Assembly (NCBI GenBank): GCA_951406725.2
Contig: OX597830.1
Span: forward strand, 55,242,001 to 55,306,000
Source: Octopus vulgaris
Lineage: Eukaryota
Direction of reading: 5' to 3'
Length of the DNA stretch: 64,000 nucleotides
Shown one piece after another: positions 27,840 to 41,099 of this stretch (within the stretch, counting starts at the first letter, position 1; each line of letters begins with the position of its first letter). The translations under genes and the position numbers were made by a program. The notes under the pieces are model-generated. The model had not been told where the DNA came from. It ran no database searches and saw only the letters and a list, made by a program, of their open reading frames with translations.

Positions 27840-28112
27840 TCTCAAAGTGCTCGGTCTTGTTTGCTCTGGTTAATTCTGTGAGAGCAAACGGCAGCCTGTT
27901 GTCAGAGATTTCACAGGGTCTCTTTCCGCACATTATAAGCTTTGATACTTGGTTGTTAATTATCGTGGAAAACATTCAACATCCAAATATCAATCTCGAA
28001 ATATTAGCTGTCTCCAGCAGAGCAGTTTTTGGGGTTTGCTCTGCTCTCATGTCAATTCCGATTTCTCTCACATATTTCTCGAACTTCGTTGTTAGTGCTC
28101 CGAGTGCCCCTA
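27840..28112 (-). mobile_element. R4/Dong-like LINE 3' end
   Basis: GALGA....EKY...IGI......KTALL.TA.I.R motif. Confidence 0.55.
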
Positions 28113-28113
28113 C

Positions 28114-29118
28114 GTTCTGTCCGAATTTAGAATAAAGATAACAAGTGATCAAATGTTATATTTAGTTGAAATTTAATCATCAATGCACTTTCCCTGATTA
28201 TCTATGAATTCCTTCCATCTATTTACAAGCTTTTTAATCCTATCAAGGTAAAACGCTTTTGGTATCAAAGCGAAGAACTCTGAAATGTCAGTTTCGACCT
28301 CCTCCTGGCTTGCGAAAGTTATGTCCCCCAAATAATTCTGTAAACTACGAAACAAATGGTAGTCTAAAGGAGCAAGGAATAAGGTGGATGAGGAAGTTTT
28401 TCCCAACGAAGCTCTTCGCATTGTCTTGATGAAACATCACTCCTTTTCGATTCACTAAAGTGGGTTTTTTTCTTCAAAGCTTGGTTCAAACGCTCTAATT
28501 GCTAACAGTAGACTTGAGCATTGATTGTTGCATTAGGTGGTAACAATTCAAAATGAATTACTCCTTTGCAATCCCACCAGATAGAGAGAAGAACCTTTTT
28601 CCCCACGAAGTTCCCTTCTCGGTTGTGGTTGAGCTTGTTCCCTTTTACCAAGCCACTGTTTACGACGTTTAACATTACGATAGAAGATACATTTTTCGTC
28701 ACCAGTCACAAGTCTATCCAAAAAGAGTGAAATGAGTTCGCGAGAGTAGAGCAGATGTCAACTCGGAATTTGCGGTTGCTTTCGGACAATTCATGAGGCA
28801 CCCATAGGAACCCTTTCATTCAAGTATTCTTTCCCTTAAACTGAGTGTATGTTTTGAGTTGCTTCGGATGCAGAGTTTCCTTTTTTATACTCATAAAACA
28901 TTATGTGCCTCAAATGCTCTTTGGATACTTCCATGTTAGAAAGGATTTTAATCAAAGAAATTTTAATTCCGTTATTCTGTAAAATAATATTTAATTAGTT
29001 TAAATGTACACATATGCATAAAAATAATTTTTAATTCCATTAGACATTCTAAAATACTATTAAATTTCATTCAATTTAAAAAAAGGTAAAATCGGACAGA
29101 ACTTATGGGATGACCTGA
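28114..29118 (-). mobile_element. Decayed mariner element
   Basis: KKVLLSIWWD.KGVIHFELL and LAPLDYHLFRSLQN motifs; TIR tcggacagaacttatgggatgacctga+TA; left TIR truncated. Confidence 0.85.
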
Positions 29119-29124
29119 TATATA

Positions 29125-29185
<61 letters not shown>

Positions 29186-29329
29186 ATGTATGTAGGTATG
29201 AACAGCAGAATATGTAATTGAAATGTAAGTCATAGAAAAATCGTCATAACGTGAGGGTGTGTATAACGAAGGGAGAAAAAGAGAAATGTCTAGAAATTGA
29301 ACTTCGATACCAACGTTCCATTAATTTAT

Positions 29330-30477
29330 TTAACAGTGCTCTTGAAATGTTTCTTTTCTTTTCAGTTCTGTATTTTGTTGAAAATATACACGGTATAATA
29401 GTTTTTACCCCTTTTAAGTATCATATTCTCTATTCCGTACGAATGTGTTGCGACCTTGTCTACAAAAACTTTTTTTTCCGTCCAAATGATTTTAAAGACT
29501 GCGGAATAAATGATAATCAGACGAGGCAATGTCCGGCGAATATGGTGGGTGGGGTATCGTTTCCCATTCCAGCTGCTCCAGCCTTTGGAATGTCATCCTC
29601 GCTGTATGTGGCCGAGCATTATACTGATGGAAGAACACCTTTCGTCTTGTAACCGAAGATGGCCGTTTTTCTCCTAGCGTTGATTTAAGCTGCTCAAGCT
29701 GCTCACAGCAGATTTCCTTTGTTATCGTTGGGTTTGGGTTTAAAAGTTGAAATTGGACTAAACCTTTCATATTCCACCAGAGTGAGTAAAGACCTTTAGC
29801 CTGGGGTGCCGGTGTTTCTCCTTTCCCTGCCCGCTGTCTTCGGTGCATAACATTTTATAGAGAACCCATTTCTCGTCACCAGTCACTATTCGGTCCAAAA
29901 AAGGTTCATTCGTGAGACGTGACAACAAAGAAGAGCACACATTCACTGCGCGCGATTAGACTGGGAAAATTTATGAGGAACCCGTTCGGCCAATTTGCTG
30001 ACTTTTCCGATGGCACGCAGGTGTCGATGAAATGTTAAATGACCAAATCCAAGCTTCTCTGCTAGTTCCTCAGCAGTTACGATGGGATTTTGTTCTACCA
30101 AGTTTTGCAGGACTTCCTCGTCGAGCTCTACAGATCTTCCAGGATGAGGCTCGTCTTCTAGACTGTAGTGTCTCGGAATTTCTGGAACCAGAAATTACGC
30201 TAATTGTCCAATCCTCATATACTGCATTAATATTCCTCGTACTTGCCGTTGCGTTGTTGCCTTTATTGAACTCATAAAGTAAAATATGCAGAATATGCTC
30301 CTTCGTCACTTCCATTATAGCTTTGAAAAAAAATAACTGCTAAAATCAAACTGCGCTCTTCCAAACTTGGACTACAACCTACTTTTATAGCAAGTTGATG
30401 CAAGTAGTTTGTCCCGTCCCCTTCCGACTTTTTGTTAATGCAATTCAAAAAACCGCATTATTTATGGGATGACCCGA
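29330..30477 (-). mobile_element. Decayed mariner element
   Basis: MEVTKEHILHILLYEF, VTGDEKW, NARPH and HPPYSPDIASSDYHLFRSL motifs; TIR ...ttatgggatgacccga+TA. Confidence 0.88.
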
Positions 30478-30869
30478 TATATATATATATATATATTAAG
30501 GGCATTACTATACATAAATGCCTCACGCTAGGAGGGACTCTTAAAGTCAAACCTACCATAATAATTAAACACGTACCGACCGCGAGGGAATGCAACTCTC
30601 GAAACGAGCATTTTAAAACCAGATTCAGCTGCATATCATATGATTTCATAATTAGTGCACAAAATACACTTTTTAATCGTCAGTGCAAGCATAATCAAAA
30701 TACTTAAGAGTTCTTCCTAGAGTGAGGCATTTATGTATAGTAATGCCCTTAATATAAATAAATGTATTTAAGAGGAATAATTGATAGATTTTTCCCTTAT
30801 GAGGTTTTTCACGCTACTTGATAAATTCTTATAAAGATTTTATCCTATTTTCCAATTATATATATTATT

Positions 30870-31330
30870 ATGGCTGCCCCCTCGTCATCGAGTATGGCCA
30901 TTGCACGAAGCTTAACTGTTACTGGTGCTGTGATCGAATGTGACTTTTTAGCCCAGCTAAAAATCTACAATGTCTTGTACAGAATTGGCAACTAAAACCT
31001 TTACCGGTAATAGCCGGCTGTAGTTGTAACTGGGCTTCATGTACCTTTGCATGTCGTTTAAGTTCTCCTGTCGAATTACACTCTCTTCCACATGCCCGAC
31101 AGATATGATTAGTATGGTGTGTTACACCACCACCAGTGGCCAGGAGACAGCCACTTTTGAGAAATCTCGAGTTGCACATGAGAAAGTAAGGAGGGGTGTC
31201 AGGAAGGGCATCGTTGTTACACTCCAGAAGGGAAGGGTCTTCCTATGATGCTGACACGCAGTGTCTGTGCAAGACCCTACCTCAGTAAAGCTGGACTCAA
31301 GAGTCATCTTCGAAGTCATAAAGCGAGACA
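30870..31330. mobile_element. Two back-to-back RTE-like LINE 3' ends with C2H2 fingers
   Basis: Minus strand: CRACGRECNS...H and CQFCTR..LAGLKSHIRS. Plus strand: VCARPYLSKAGLKSHLRSH. Confidence 0.55.
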
Positions 31331-31380
31331 GATATACATACAAATACATATATATATTCAGGAGTAAATACACACACACA

Positions 31381-31440
<60 letters not shown>

Positions 31441-31496
31441 CAAATAGATACATACACACACACACATATACACATGTTTCTCTCGCTCTCTCTATA

Positions 31497-31566
<70 letters not shown>

Positions 31567-32696
31567 TTTACAGATACGAACAGAACCAGTTGCTGGCAAG
31601 AACGTTAAAATGTTCATAATTGTTATAACACGTGCTTCCTCACACGCACATGCAGACACTCTCATGAAATTACACATGTTCTAACTCATATCTCATACAC
31701 ACACACACACACACAAACGCACACACACATTCACACACATTGAAATAACATTTAAATATATGTATACGTATGCGTATGTATATGTATGTTTATATATTTT
31801 ATGTGCATGTATGTGTGTATAAATATATGTGTGTGTATATATGTATGTATGTGCATGTGCGTGTGTGTGTTTGTGCGTATTGCTTTCTTCTCGTCCTTGC
31901 CCATTATTGTTCTCCACACCATATTACCATGTCTTGGCACTTTGGCACCTTGGTAGATTCTTGGCAGCCAGACTCTCTGACACGATCTCATATATCTAAC
32001 GAGATTTCAGCTAGGAGCATAGAGTAAACATGCTCTGGCCAAACAGCGCTACCGCTTTGCGATTGCTTAAGCTGCTAAAAATAGCAGCCAAATCGCCTTC
32101 TAATCAGACCGTTCTTTCTTTCGGTAACATAGCCTCTGAGGTTCAGTTGGAAAGAAAAGGGGCAAACATAAAGGATGTGTTGGCTGAAATACCTTTGGTT
32201 AAAGTTCCTTTTGACCAGAGTTTACTCGGGGTTAAACTATAACAACAATATTAATTACAAGAACAATCTGGTGTTGATTTAAGTGGTTAAATCACTTACT
32301 GGAGCCCACCTTCAAAGAATTTTATGTTGTTTATTGGTTTTAGTTGCCATGGAAACAAATTATTGCAGCAATAATTAGATACATTAATGTAGAATATTTT
32401 GATTTGGTGCCAAAAATGTATTTTGCGCTTTTGAAAAAAATTAAGAACTAGAAAGTAAAATGGAAACAAGCAGAAAATTAAAAATTAGAAAATAAATAAA
32501 TTCACAGACTTTTGGTAAGATAAGAAATAAATAGGGACGGCAGGCATTAATAAAGAATTTTTTGCAAAAATGGTCCATTAGAATTTTAGATTAATTCTGG
32601 GAAAGTTGTAAGGGTATTGAGAGGATTTATGAGGCTTCCCAGTTTGTTGTTAGGCCAAGTGTGGGGAACGTAACTGTCGAACAGCTTAACTGGAAT

Positions 32697-32970
32697 CCTC
32701 AAAGACTCAATCATCTGGCCCCTGTGGTCCTTAGCTGTGACACTAAACACTTAGAGAGTCAGTCATCTAGCTTCCGTAGTTCTTAGCTGTATTACGCAAC
32801 ACTCAAAGACTCAGTCATGTATCTCCTGTATGTTATGGCTGTGATACCCAACACTCAAAGACTCAGTCATCTAATCCCTATGTTCCATAACAGTGATGCT
32901 CAATACTCAGTAACTCAGTCCTCTAGACTCTATGCTCTGTATCTATGATATTCAACAATGACTCAGTTCA
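32697..32970. repeat. Diverged 52-bp tandem array (about 5 copies)
   Basis: Units start at 32697, 32749, 32801, 32853 and 32905; consensus actcaaagactcagtcatct...agctgtgata..caac. Confidence 0.8.
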
Positions 32971-33169
32971 GCCGACTGTGTCTACAACCAAGACACTCTA
33001 CTGTCGATGCCTATCAACTTGTGGTCATGCCAAGTACAGCCTACCTTAAAGAGGACAGTCCAGTTATATACGCATACGACTGTGTTCATGGTCAAGATAA
33101 CAAATTGATTACAACCCAGTTTACCTAGCTACATGTCTACATATCTGGACACAAAACAAGAACAGTGTA

Positions 33170-33840
33170 ATATACGGTTAACTGTATTTTGTCCAGGACA
33201 TTTAACTGTCAATTCTCCAGCCCACCTATCTATAAGTATGCACGTGATATAGTTCACTGTACTGTGTCCATTGCCAATACACTTATCTGCCAACAGTCCA
33301 ATCAAGCTAATTGTAAGTAGGTTCCACATTGTGATATATTGCATTGTTCATTGTACTTTGTCCATAATCAACACACTTAACTGTTGGCAGTTATGCCCAC
33401 CTAGCTGTAAGTAGGTGGTATAGTTCACTGTACTGTATCTATGCTGAACACGCTTAACTGTCAACATTCCAGTTCATCTAGCAGTAGGTGAGTACCACAG
33501 TGTGCTGTGTCCATGTCCAATGCACTTAACTGTCAACATCTCAGGCCAAGTAGCTGTGAGTGGATACCACAATGGGGAGTACTTTACTGTATTGTGTCCA
33601 TGGACAATACCTTCAACTGTCAACAGCTCAGTTTATCTAGCTGTTTATGTGTACTACAGTGTGACGTATTTTATTGTACTCCTTCCGTGACCAATGCATT
33701 TCCAATAGCTCAGTCTACTAGCTGCCAGTAGGAACAATAGTGTTGTATCTTGGTCATGGACACAGCACAATGTCCATGATCAAGATAGTTAACTGTCAAT
33801 AGCCCAATCCATCTCGCTGGTAGGGGGATCTACAGTGTTT
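33170..33840. repeat. Diverged ~75-95 bp tandem array (about 8 copies)
   Basis: Recurrent ttaactgtcaac...ctagctgt...actgtactgtgtccatg. Confidence 0.7.
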
Positions 33841-35225
33841 TCTTATAGTTCAACTTTTCAAGTGGTGTCAGACAATGTATTTCCTTGATTTATTTTGTGA
33901 AAGAAGGGAAGACATACCTCCCAGGCTGGAAAAGTTGAGGATGAGTTAGAACCCATGTAGGTTTATCGCAAGAGGACTAAACACGAGCAGGGAGTGTGTT
34001 TCAAGAGACCGAATGGTCGGAAATGGTTTGTTTGTGGGTTGTAAAGTGTATGCCTGAAATGATAAGAAGGAGAAGAGGCAATTTGGGCATGCTGGGTAAG
34101 GGGGAAGAAGTACTCTGTTTGTTGAGGATAGCAGAGGCAGAAATAATTAACCGTGTATCAAGTTTGGTGAGTGAGTCTTTACTATTCAGCCAAGGTGGTC
34201 ATGTTTTGGATCTGTCTATTTCGAGTGTTTGGGTATCTAACAGCATTATTATCATTATTATTAAGGTGGCGAGCTGGCAGAATCGTTTGCACGCTGGACG
34301 AAATGCTTTGCGGTATTTCGCCCGTCGCTGCATTCTGAGTTCAAATTCCGCCGAGGTCGACTTTGCCTTTCATCCTCTCGGGGTCGATAAATTAAGTACC
34401 AGTGAAACACTGGGGTCGATGTAATTGACTCGTGCCCTCTCACCAAATTTCAGGCTTTGTGCCTTTAGCAGAAAGGATTATCATTATTATCCCAGTGTAA
34501 GGGCAGTAAAACCACTACAAAAATAATGGGTCTTATTTGAGCTGAGGGGGAAGATCAGCAACCAATTGGCGCTGAACATCTCCAGAGTACAGTTATAATC
34601 GAACAGTCTGATGATAAACTTTTGATCCAAGTGATGAGACATGGGTTGATGAATGGGTAGATGGATAGTTGGCTGGTAGGTAGGTTGGTTGGTTGGTTGG
34701 TTGGTTGGTTGGTTGGTTGGTTAGATGGGTGGAGGGGGTGGATGGAGGGGTGGATGGGATGGAGGGGGAGGGATGGAGGGAGGGAAAGAGATGGAGAGGT
34801 GAAGGGATGGGTGGGTACATAGATGGAAGAATAGATAGGTGGCTGGCTGGATGAATAGATAGGAGGATGGATGGATAGATGGAGAGAGGCATGGAAGAAT
34901 AGAAGGACGGATGGATGGATGGATGGATGGATGAATGGATGGAGGGAGGGAGGGAGTTAGAAAGGGAGGTAGAGAGAGAGGGAGAAAGAGATGAAGAGAT
35001 CGATGGATACATAGATAGATGGATGGGTGGATATATATGACCGCGTGTGTACTGTTAGCGATTTTTTCCTCTGTCTTCCCTTCTCTGGATCTTTCCTTCT
35101 CCTATGTTTCCAACGAAGAGCTCCACTCGAAACGTTAAACCCTCCTTCTTTCCTGAGCGTCCAATAATACTATATTTGTTCCACGTCCTCGCGTTGTTGT
35201 GTTTTTTGTGCTTTCTTGTTTGGAT

Positions 35226-35302
<77 letters not shown>

Positions 35303-35494
35303 CAAATTTACAGAAAAAAAAGACGAAAACAGTTGAAGGAATAGCAAACTGGTGTATTAGTCAAACGCTCGGGAAGAATGGAAAAGTCTTTGACATTGGA
35401 AGGTTACGCTCTTTGACAGAAAGGAATGAGAGGGGAAAAAAGAAGAGAGAACAGAAATAAAAATTTTAAAAACGGGGAGAAAAAATGTGTAGGG

Positions 35495-35527
<33 letters not shown>

Positions 35528-35955
35528 AAAGGAACTGTCTGGAACAGGTTGTGTCTTTTGCACTGTTTGAGTGCAACACAATTTCCTTCTTTGTTTCCAA
35601 AAACTACCGGTGTCAAGAACAAGAAAGCAACCTTAAAAAATATGACACTTTATTTCGTTATTTACATAAAGAAGGCACGTTGGTAAATTGGTAAACCACT
35701 GGGTGTAGGTACTGCAAGACTGAAGTTAAACATGTGTAAAGATAAACCTCACAACAACTCCAGTAGCAACAGCCGGTCAAATCCCAAGCGTCTGGGACAG
35801 GAGAATAGGCTGATAACACGTTAAACACGTCTTCTCTCTTCAACGAACGCCATAGAATTCTCGTCCCCAGTTTTTAGCGCATATGCATTAGAGAACTTCC
35901 TTAGGCCTTTCCAGAAGGTTCCAGTCCTGCACACGCACACTGAAGAATGACGTCA

Positions 35956-36034
<79 letters not shown>

Positions 36035-36411
36035 GGGCTCCTTTCAGTTTCCGTCTACCAAATCCACTCACAAGAAGAAAACTTGACCAAAATGCCACGT
36101 AGTGGAACTGAACCCAGGACCACGTGGTTAGAAAGCAAGCTTCTTACCACATAGCCACGCTTGTGCCTAACTGAATGTATTTTATCGATCCCTTACTGAA
36201 GAAGAAAATGAGAGGAGAGGGGTGCAAAGTAAAATCTTTTGAGATTTGAACCTTAAAACCTGAGCCTTCAAAGTATTTCTCTGTACGTGCAATAGTTATT
36301 GAGATTAAGAACATTAAAAAAATATTAAAGGGAGGTAACTCTTAAAAGTAATTTAACAAAAGCGAAAGAAATTTTATTTATGTCCCCTAGAACTTAATTT
36401 TTCTTTTTATA

Positions 36412-36469
<58 letters not shown>

Positions 36470-36900
36470 GAGCTCTTCTTTACCGAACCTACGAAATATT
36501 TTAGTTTGGGCTCAGACATTTTGAGAATTAACAAGGAGGAGTGCAAGGGTTGATGATTGGGGATTGGTGATTGGCAGTAGCACACGCAGAGTGAGTTTCA
36601 TGGAGAATGGTGTTAAGGATTTCGGAGTGTTGATGTTGAAGAAAGCGTCTTACATTAGAGTAAAGATGAGTGATGCAAGGCAACTGTAATGCAGGAGAAA
36701 AGACGCCGGCAAGGTGAGGTTAAAGGTGGAAGCGATAGGTTTAGACCCATCGATTTCAGAGGAAGGGAAACAGTCATATAGTTGTGGAGGAGACAGCTTG
36801 AAGGCAAAGAACCAAAGAAGTTGAATAGCCTAACTCTGTCTGTCTCTGCCTGTCTGTCTCTTTCTCTCTCTTTCACTCTTTCCCCCTCTCTCTCATTCTA

Positions 36901-36979
<79 letters not shown>

Positions 36980-37062
36980 GTCATTGTTTTAAGAGATTAA
37001 TTTGAAAATTCTATAAAATTCTTGATTTTTTTTTTTTTTTTCTGTTTTACCCTTTCTTGCAG

Positions 37063-37768
37063 ACTTTGAGCTACTCTCTTTGGAATAAACCGGAACGGAC
37101 AACAAAATCAATTCCTTATAAATCAAGTACAGAAAATGAGGTGCAAAATAGTTTCTCCAGCGGCGTATTATCGTTACTAGAAGAACCTAATAAAGGCTTT
37201 AGAACGACAGACAGAACCAATCCAACATGGAAAACAACCATGGAACCAAACATTTTTATTACGGAATCACCAACGAAAAATCTGGAACAAAAACGGAAAA
37301 CAAAGCCAAGTATATCGACCACAGACAATACTTTATCTTTAACTAAACGAAACAGTCAAGAAACAACAACCTATAGCTCTACCATGTTTCCGAAACAATA
37401 TCAAACGCTGCCAGTAACTTTCGGGTCTTCAGATCACAATTTGATAAACGTTCCTGTTTTGGAAGTTGTGTTTCCTGGACGAAATAATGGCGGTGAAAGA
37501 GAAACATCAAAGAAATCTAAAGAAGAATCTGAGTATAGCATTAAGTCTGGAGTCAATATTTTCCAAGGAAATGCAGGCAAAGGTTTGTTCTCTTTGAAGA
37601 AGGAACCATCGCTTCATTTAAAACAGGGACAATCTGTATGGGATCTTCGTTCCACTTCCAAACCATCTTCATCGCCAACGACTCCAGAATCTGAAAAAAT
37701 ATTACCGTGTGATGAGGAAACTGAGACTTCTACAGATAAACTCAAACAAGAAGATTCTTTGACAGAAG
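37063..37768 (+). CDS. GH18 chitinase exon 10, Ser/Thr/Glu/Lys-rich linker
   Basis: 706-nt open, non-repetitive exon; polypyrimidine tract plus cag acceptor (phase 0); G|gtaggt donor (phase 1) matching the CBM14 exon. Confidence 0.85.
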
Positions 37769-37879
37769 GTAGGTACAAAATACTTTCACGAATTCTTTGA
37801 GTTATTTTTCCAATTATTCTTGTGACTTGATTGAGGTAGAGTGGGACTAGGATTAATTATAGGTGAAGAAGTACCTGAA

Positions 37880-38480
37880 GTACTTGCATGTGTATGGAGG
37901 GGAGAAAATCAGGTGTAGTGCTGGCGAATCTCAGGAAGCATGGAAGTTTTGAAGGATGCAGTGCTCCGACAACTAACAACTGATGCCGGCAGTTTATTCC
38001 ATACTTCAGCAACTCTTAGTGTGAAAAAATGTTTCTGAAAGTCATGAGAGCTGTGCTGTTTTCTGACTTTGTAAATACGTCCAGGGGTGTTAGACAGATG
38101 GAGTTTGAAAAGGTGCTCGGAGTTATTGTTTGTAAGATGGTTAATAATTTTATGGGTGTTTGCCAAGTCAGCTGCCAGACGTTGGAGTTTCAATGTATCC
38201 ATGCCCAGGGAAGTAAGGCGTTCAGAATATGGCAAATGCCTGATGGAGGGTATTCTCTGGGTTGCACGTCGCTGAACGGCTTCCAGACGGTTAATATCCT
38301 GGGCAAGATAGGGGTTCCAGACCAGTGATGCAAATTCCAGGTGAGGTCGTACCATTGCTATATAAAGCCGCAAATAGATAGCCGGAGAGCGGCTCACAAA
38401 GGACCTGGTAAGTGATGCCAAGACACCCTCAGCCTTCCTGGCAATTTTAGCGATGTGTTTTGTCCAACGCAAATCGCTGT
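37880..38480 (-). mobile_element. CR1-clade LINE 3' fragment in the last chitinase intron
   Basis: VRPHLEFAS.VWNPY..DI.RLEAVQRRAT...YSERL..L...L..R...DL and FF..RV..WN.LP motifs. Confidence 0.9.
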
Positions 38481-38733
38481 ACAGTATCATAGGTTTTAAG
38501 TAGTGTGTTAAGTACTGGGTTTTGAGTACAATTTTTAAAGTACAGTTTTAAGTACAGTGTTTTATTTTCAGTATAAATAAAAAAAAAGTACTGTATTTTA
38601 AATAGTTCGTTTTGAAGTAAAGTACGCTGTTTTAGACACACTATTTTAAGTGCAGTATTTTAAAGTAAACTACCATCTTTTATTGAAACAACAAAATATC
38701 GTTTTTATTTGTTTCCTATTCTCTCTCCTTCAG

Positions 38734-38903
38734 TTTTCAAATGTCCTTCGTTGTTTGGCATCTACCGTGACGTCAGAGACTGCACCAGCTTTTTCCAATG
38801 TGTCTGGCAGGTTCCATTCCGTTATAAGTGTTCCCCTGGTACAGCATGGAACGACAGAATACAATCTTGTGATTGGCCAGCTAATACCGGATGTATTCTG
38901 TAG
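38734..38903 (+). CDS. GH18 chitinase last exon, CBM14 (ChtBD2) chitin-binding domain and stop
   Basis: Six-Cys pattern FKCP...DCTSFFQC...KCSPGTAW...SCDWP...GCIL*; cag acceptor; TAG stop. Confidence 0.95.
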
Positions 38904-39094
38904 CAAAGAACGTGGAAACAAAACGAGACACCCATTCTGAATGCAACACCAAAGATGGCTAAATTAACACAATCAACACCACCAACCACCGCCGCCGCCG
39001 CCGCCACCACCACCACCACCAAAACCACCAACACCACCACCACTAACAACAATAACGATAACAAGGTCAACAATAATAGCAAATATAATTCAGC

Positions 39095-39100
39095 AATAAA
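39095..39100 (+). promoter_or_regulatory. Candidate poly(A) signal of the chitinase
   Basis: AATAAA about 190 nt after the stop codon. Confidence 0.4.
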
Positions 39101-39534
39101 TAAGACAGCTTCTACACGGTCTCTCGACCTGCTAGAAATAGCAGCCAAATCTCACTTCACGTTCCAGTTATGAAAAATAGAAGGGCACTTCAGATAATGT
39201 GTTCCCAGATATTAAAAGAAGAACAATATTGGTATGATTGGACTGATTTTGACTATAAGTCTGTTCGATCAGGATTGACCGAATGTGGGTGGAAATAACA
39301 AGAACAACCATAAAAATTAGAGACCTCCCCCCCCCCCCCAAAAAAAAAACCGTCAAAAAAATCTTGAATTCAAAAGCGGAATTGGTTGTACATAATGGAA
39401 TACGATTTCCATAACATAAGACATATTTAATTACGTGATAATCATACGGAAAAGAGGTAAAACTATGTGCTGTAGAAGGTGTTATTTAATTATCGTCACT
39501 AATTTATTGTCAAACTTACATTATTTGTAAGAGA

Positions 39535-39623
<89 letters not shown>

Positions 39624-40092
39624 ATATATATATATATATATATTATAAATGTATTATATATATATGTATGTATATTATAGATGTGTTATATATATATATA
39701 TATGTGTTATATATATCATTAATGTTGTGTGTGTTTGTATATATATAGGAGAGAGAGAGAGAGAAAGAGAGAGGAGAGAGAGAGAGAGAAAGAGAGAGGA
39801 GGGAGAGAGACTGTATACTGCCTACTCAGAGATACTCAAGCAGGTTGAAGCCGTTCCACTTCATTATTATTTGTCAGATGCCTTCATTGCAGTTGTGACT
39901 AATTCTAATCGTAAATTAATTGCAATGGAGAACCTAGAATGTCTAGAATGAGTAAGATCATCCTTTGACGGTGGCGTTATGTTCTTGGCAATACTGAGAC
40001 CGATGACCCCCTAATTAAGTTGGAATTCCGATACAGACAGATTATCGGTGTTGATATACTAACTTGGAAAATTTAAGCAAACGATCGTTTTA

Positions 40093-40156
<64 letters not shown>

Positions 40157-40224
40157 TAAATAAATGCACTTGAACGTCACAAGTTATAACTGAGTTCGTC
40201 TAACATCGATCATCAACGCAGTTT

Positions 40225-40940
40225 ATCATGGATGAACACCCAGAATATTACTTCCCACTGTGAAGGGTATGCCTTTGCGATCCACGAACAGGAAATATCA
40301 ACCAAGTGCCTGATGCACAAAAGGGATAAAGATGCGAGAAAAGCCGTAAAATGTGACAACCGATGCAGAATTTGTGGAGCTCACACTGAAGATTTCACCC
40401 ACATCATAAGCAGTTGTCCGAAAATGTCAGCACGGTTTAGCTACTGATGAGACATGACGTAGTTAGGACACTCTATAATGAAATCCGTCGGAAAGATAAT
40501 CTCGAGGACAAAGAAATAAGAACCCACAGTATGGTAGAAGTCATAGCCACTCATAATAAAAAGGAGTTCTGGAATCTCTCAGTGAAGACCTCAATAAAAT
40601 GTAAGCACATCAGACCTGATATAATGATTTGGGATAGAGAAGAGAAATTGTCCACAGTTGTGGAAATTAGCTGCCCAGCGGATGTTAACATAAAACTGAA
40701 GATCAATGAAAAATAGAACACCGACCCTGAACTATTAAGAAATCTACAGTTACTCTATCCAGATTATGAGTTCAGGTAATTATTGGGGCCTGGGATATGT
40801 AACACACTGCCTAAATATCAATCTTGAGAAATTAGGCTTCTCAAAAGCAGAAAGGAGAAAGCTAATTCGAAAACTACAGATCCAATCCATCACTGGAACT
40901 GTAAAAATCTGTAAGACTTAGCAGAAGTTTATCATTTAAA
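40225..40940 (+). mobile_element. R4/Dong-like LINE C-terminus (CCHC knuckle plus restriction-like endonuclease)
   Basis: CRICG...E...HIISSC, RHD, RPDIMIWD..VVEISCP and IGALG motifs; frameshifts and stops. Confidence 0.85.
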
Positions 40941-41040
40941 TATATATGAGCATGTCTAGATATGTAACTCTATGCATGAGAATACATGCATAAAACATAC
41001 AAATCTGGACATACATATATACATACATACACATATTTCT

Positions 41041-41099
<59 letters not shown>

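Noticed and set aside
32697-32970. Possible CRISPR-like array
   Set aside because: Whole units are homologous with no unique spacers, the context is eukaryotic, and there are no cas genes.
33996-34424. 142-aa ORF
   Set aside because: It runs into a SINE and has no recognisable domain; it may be a TE relic but I could not assign it.
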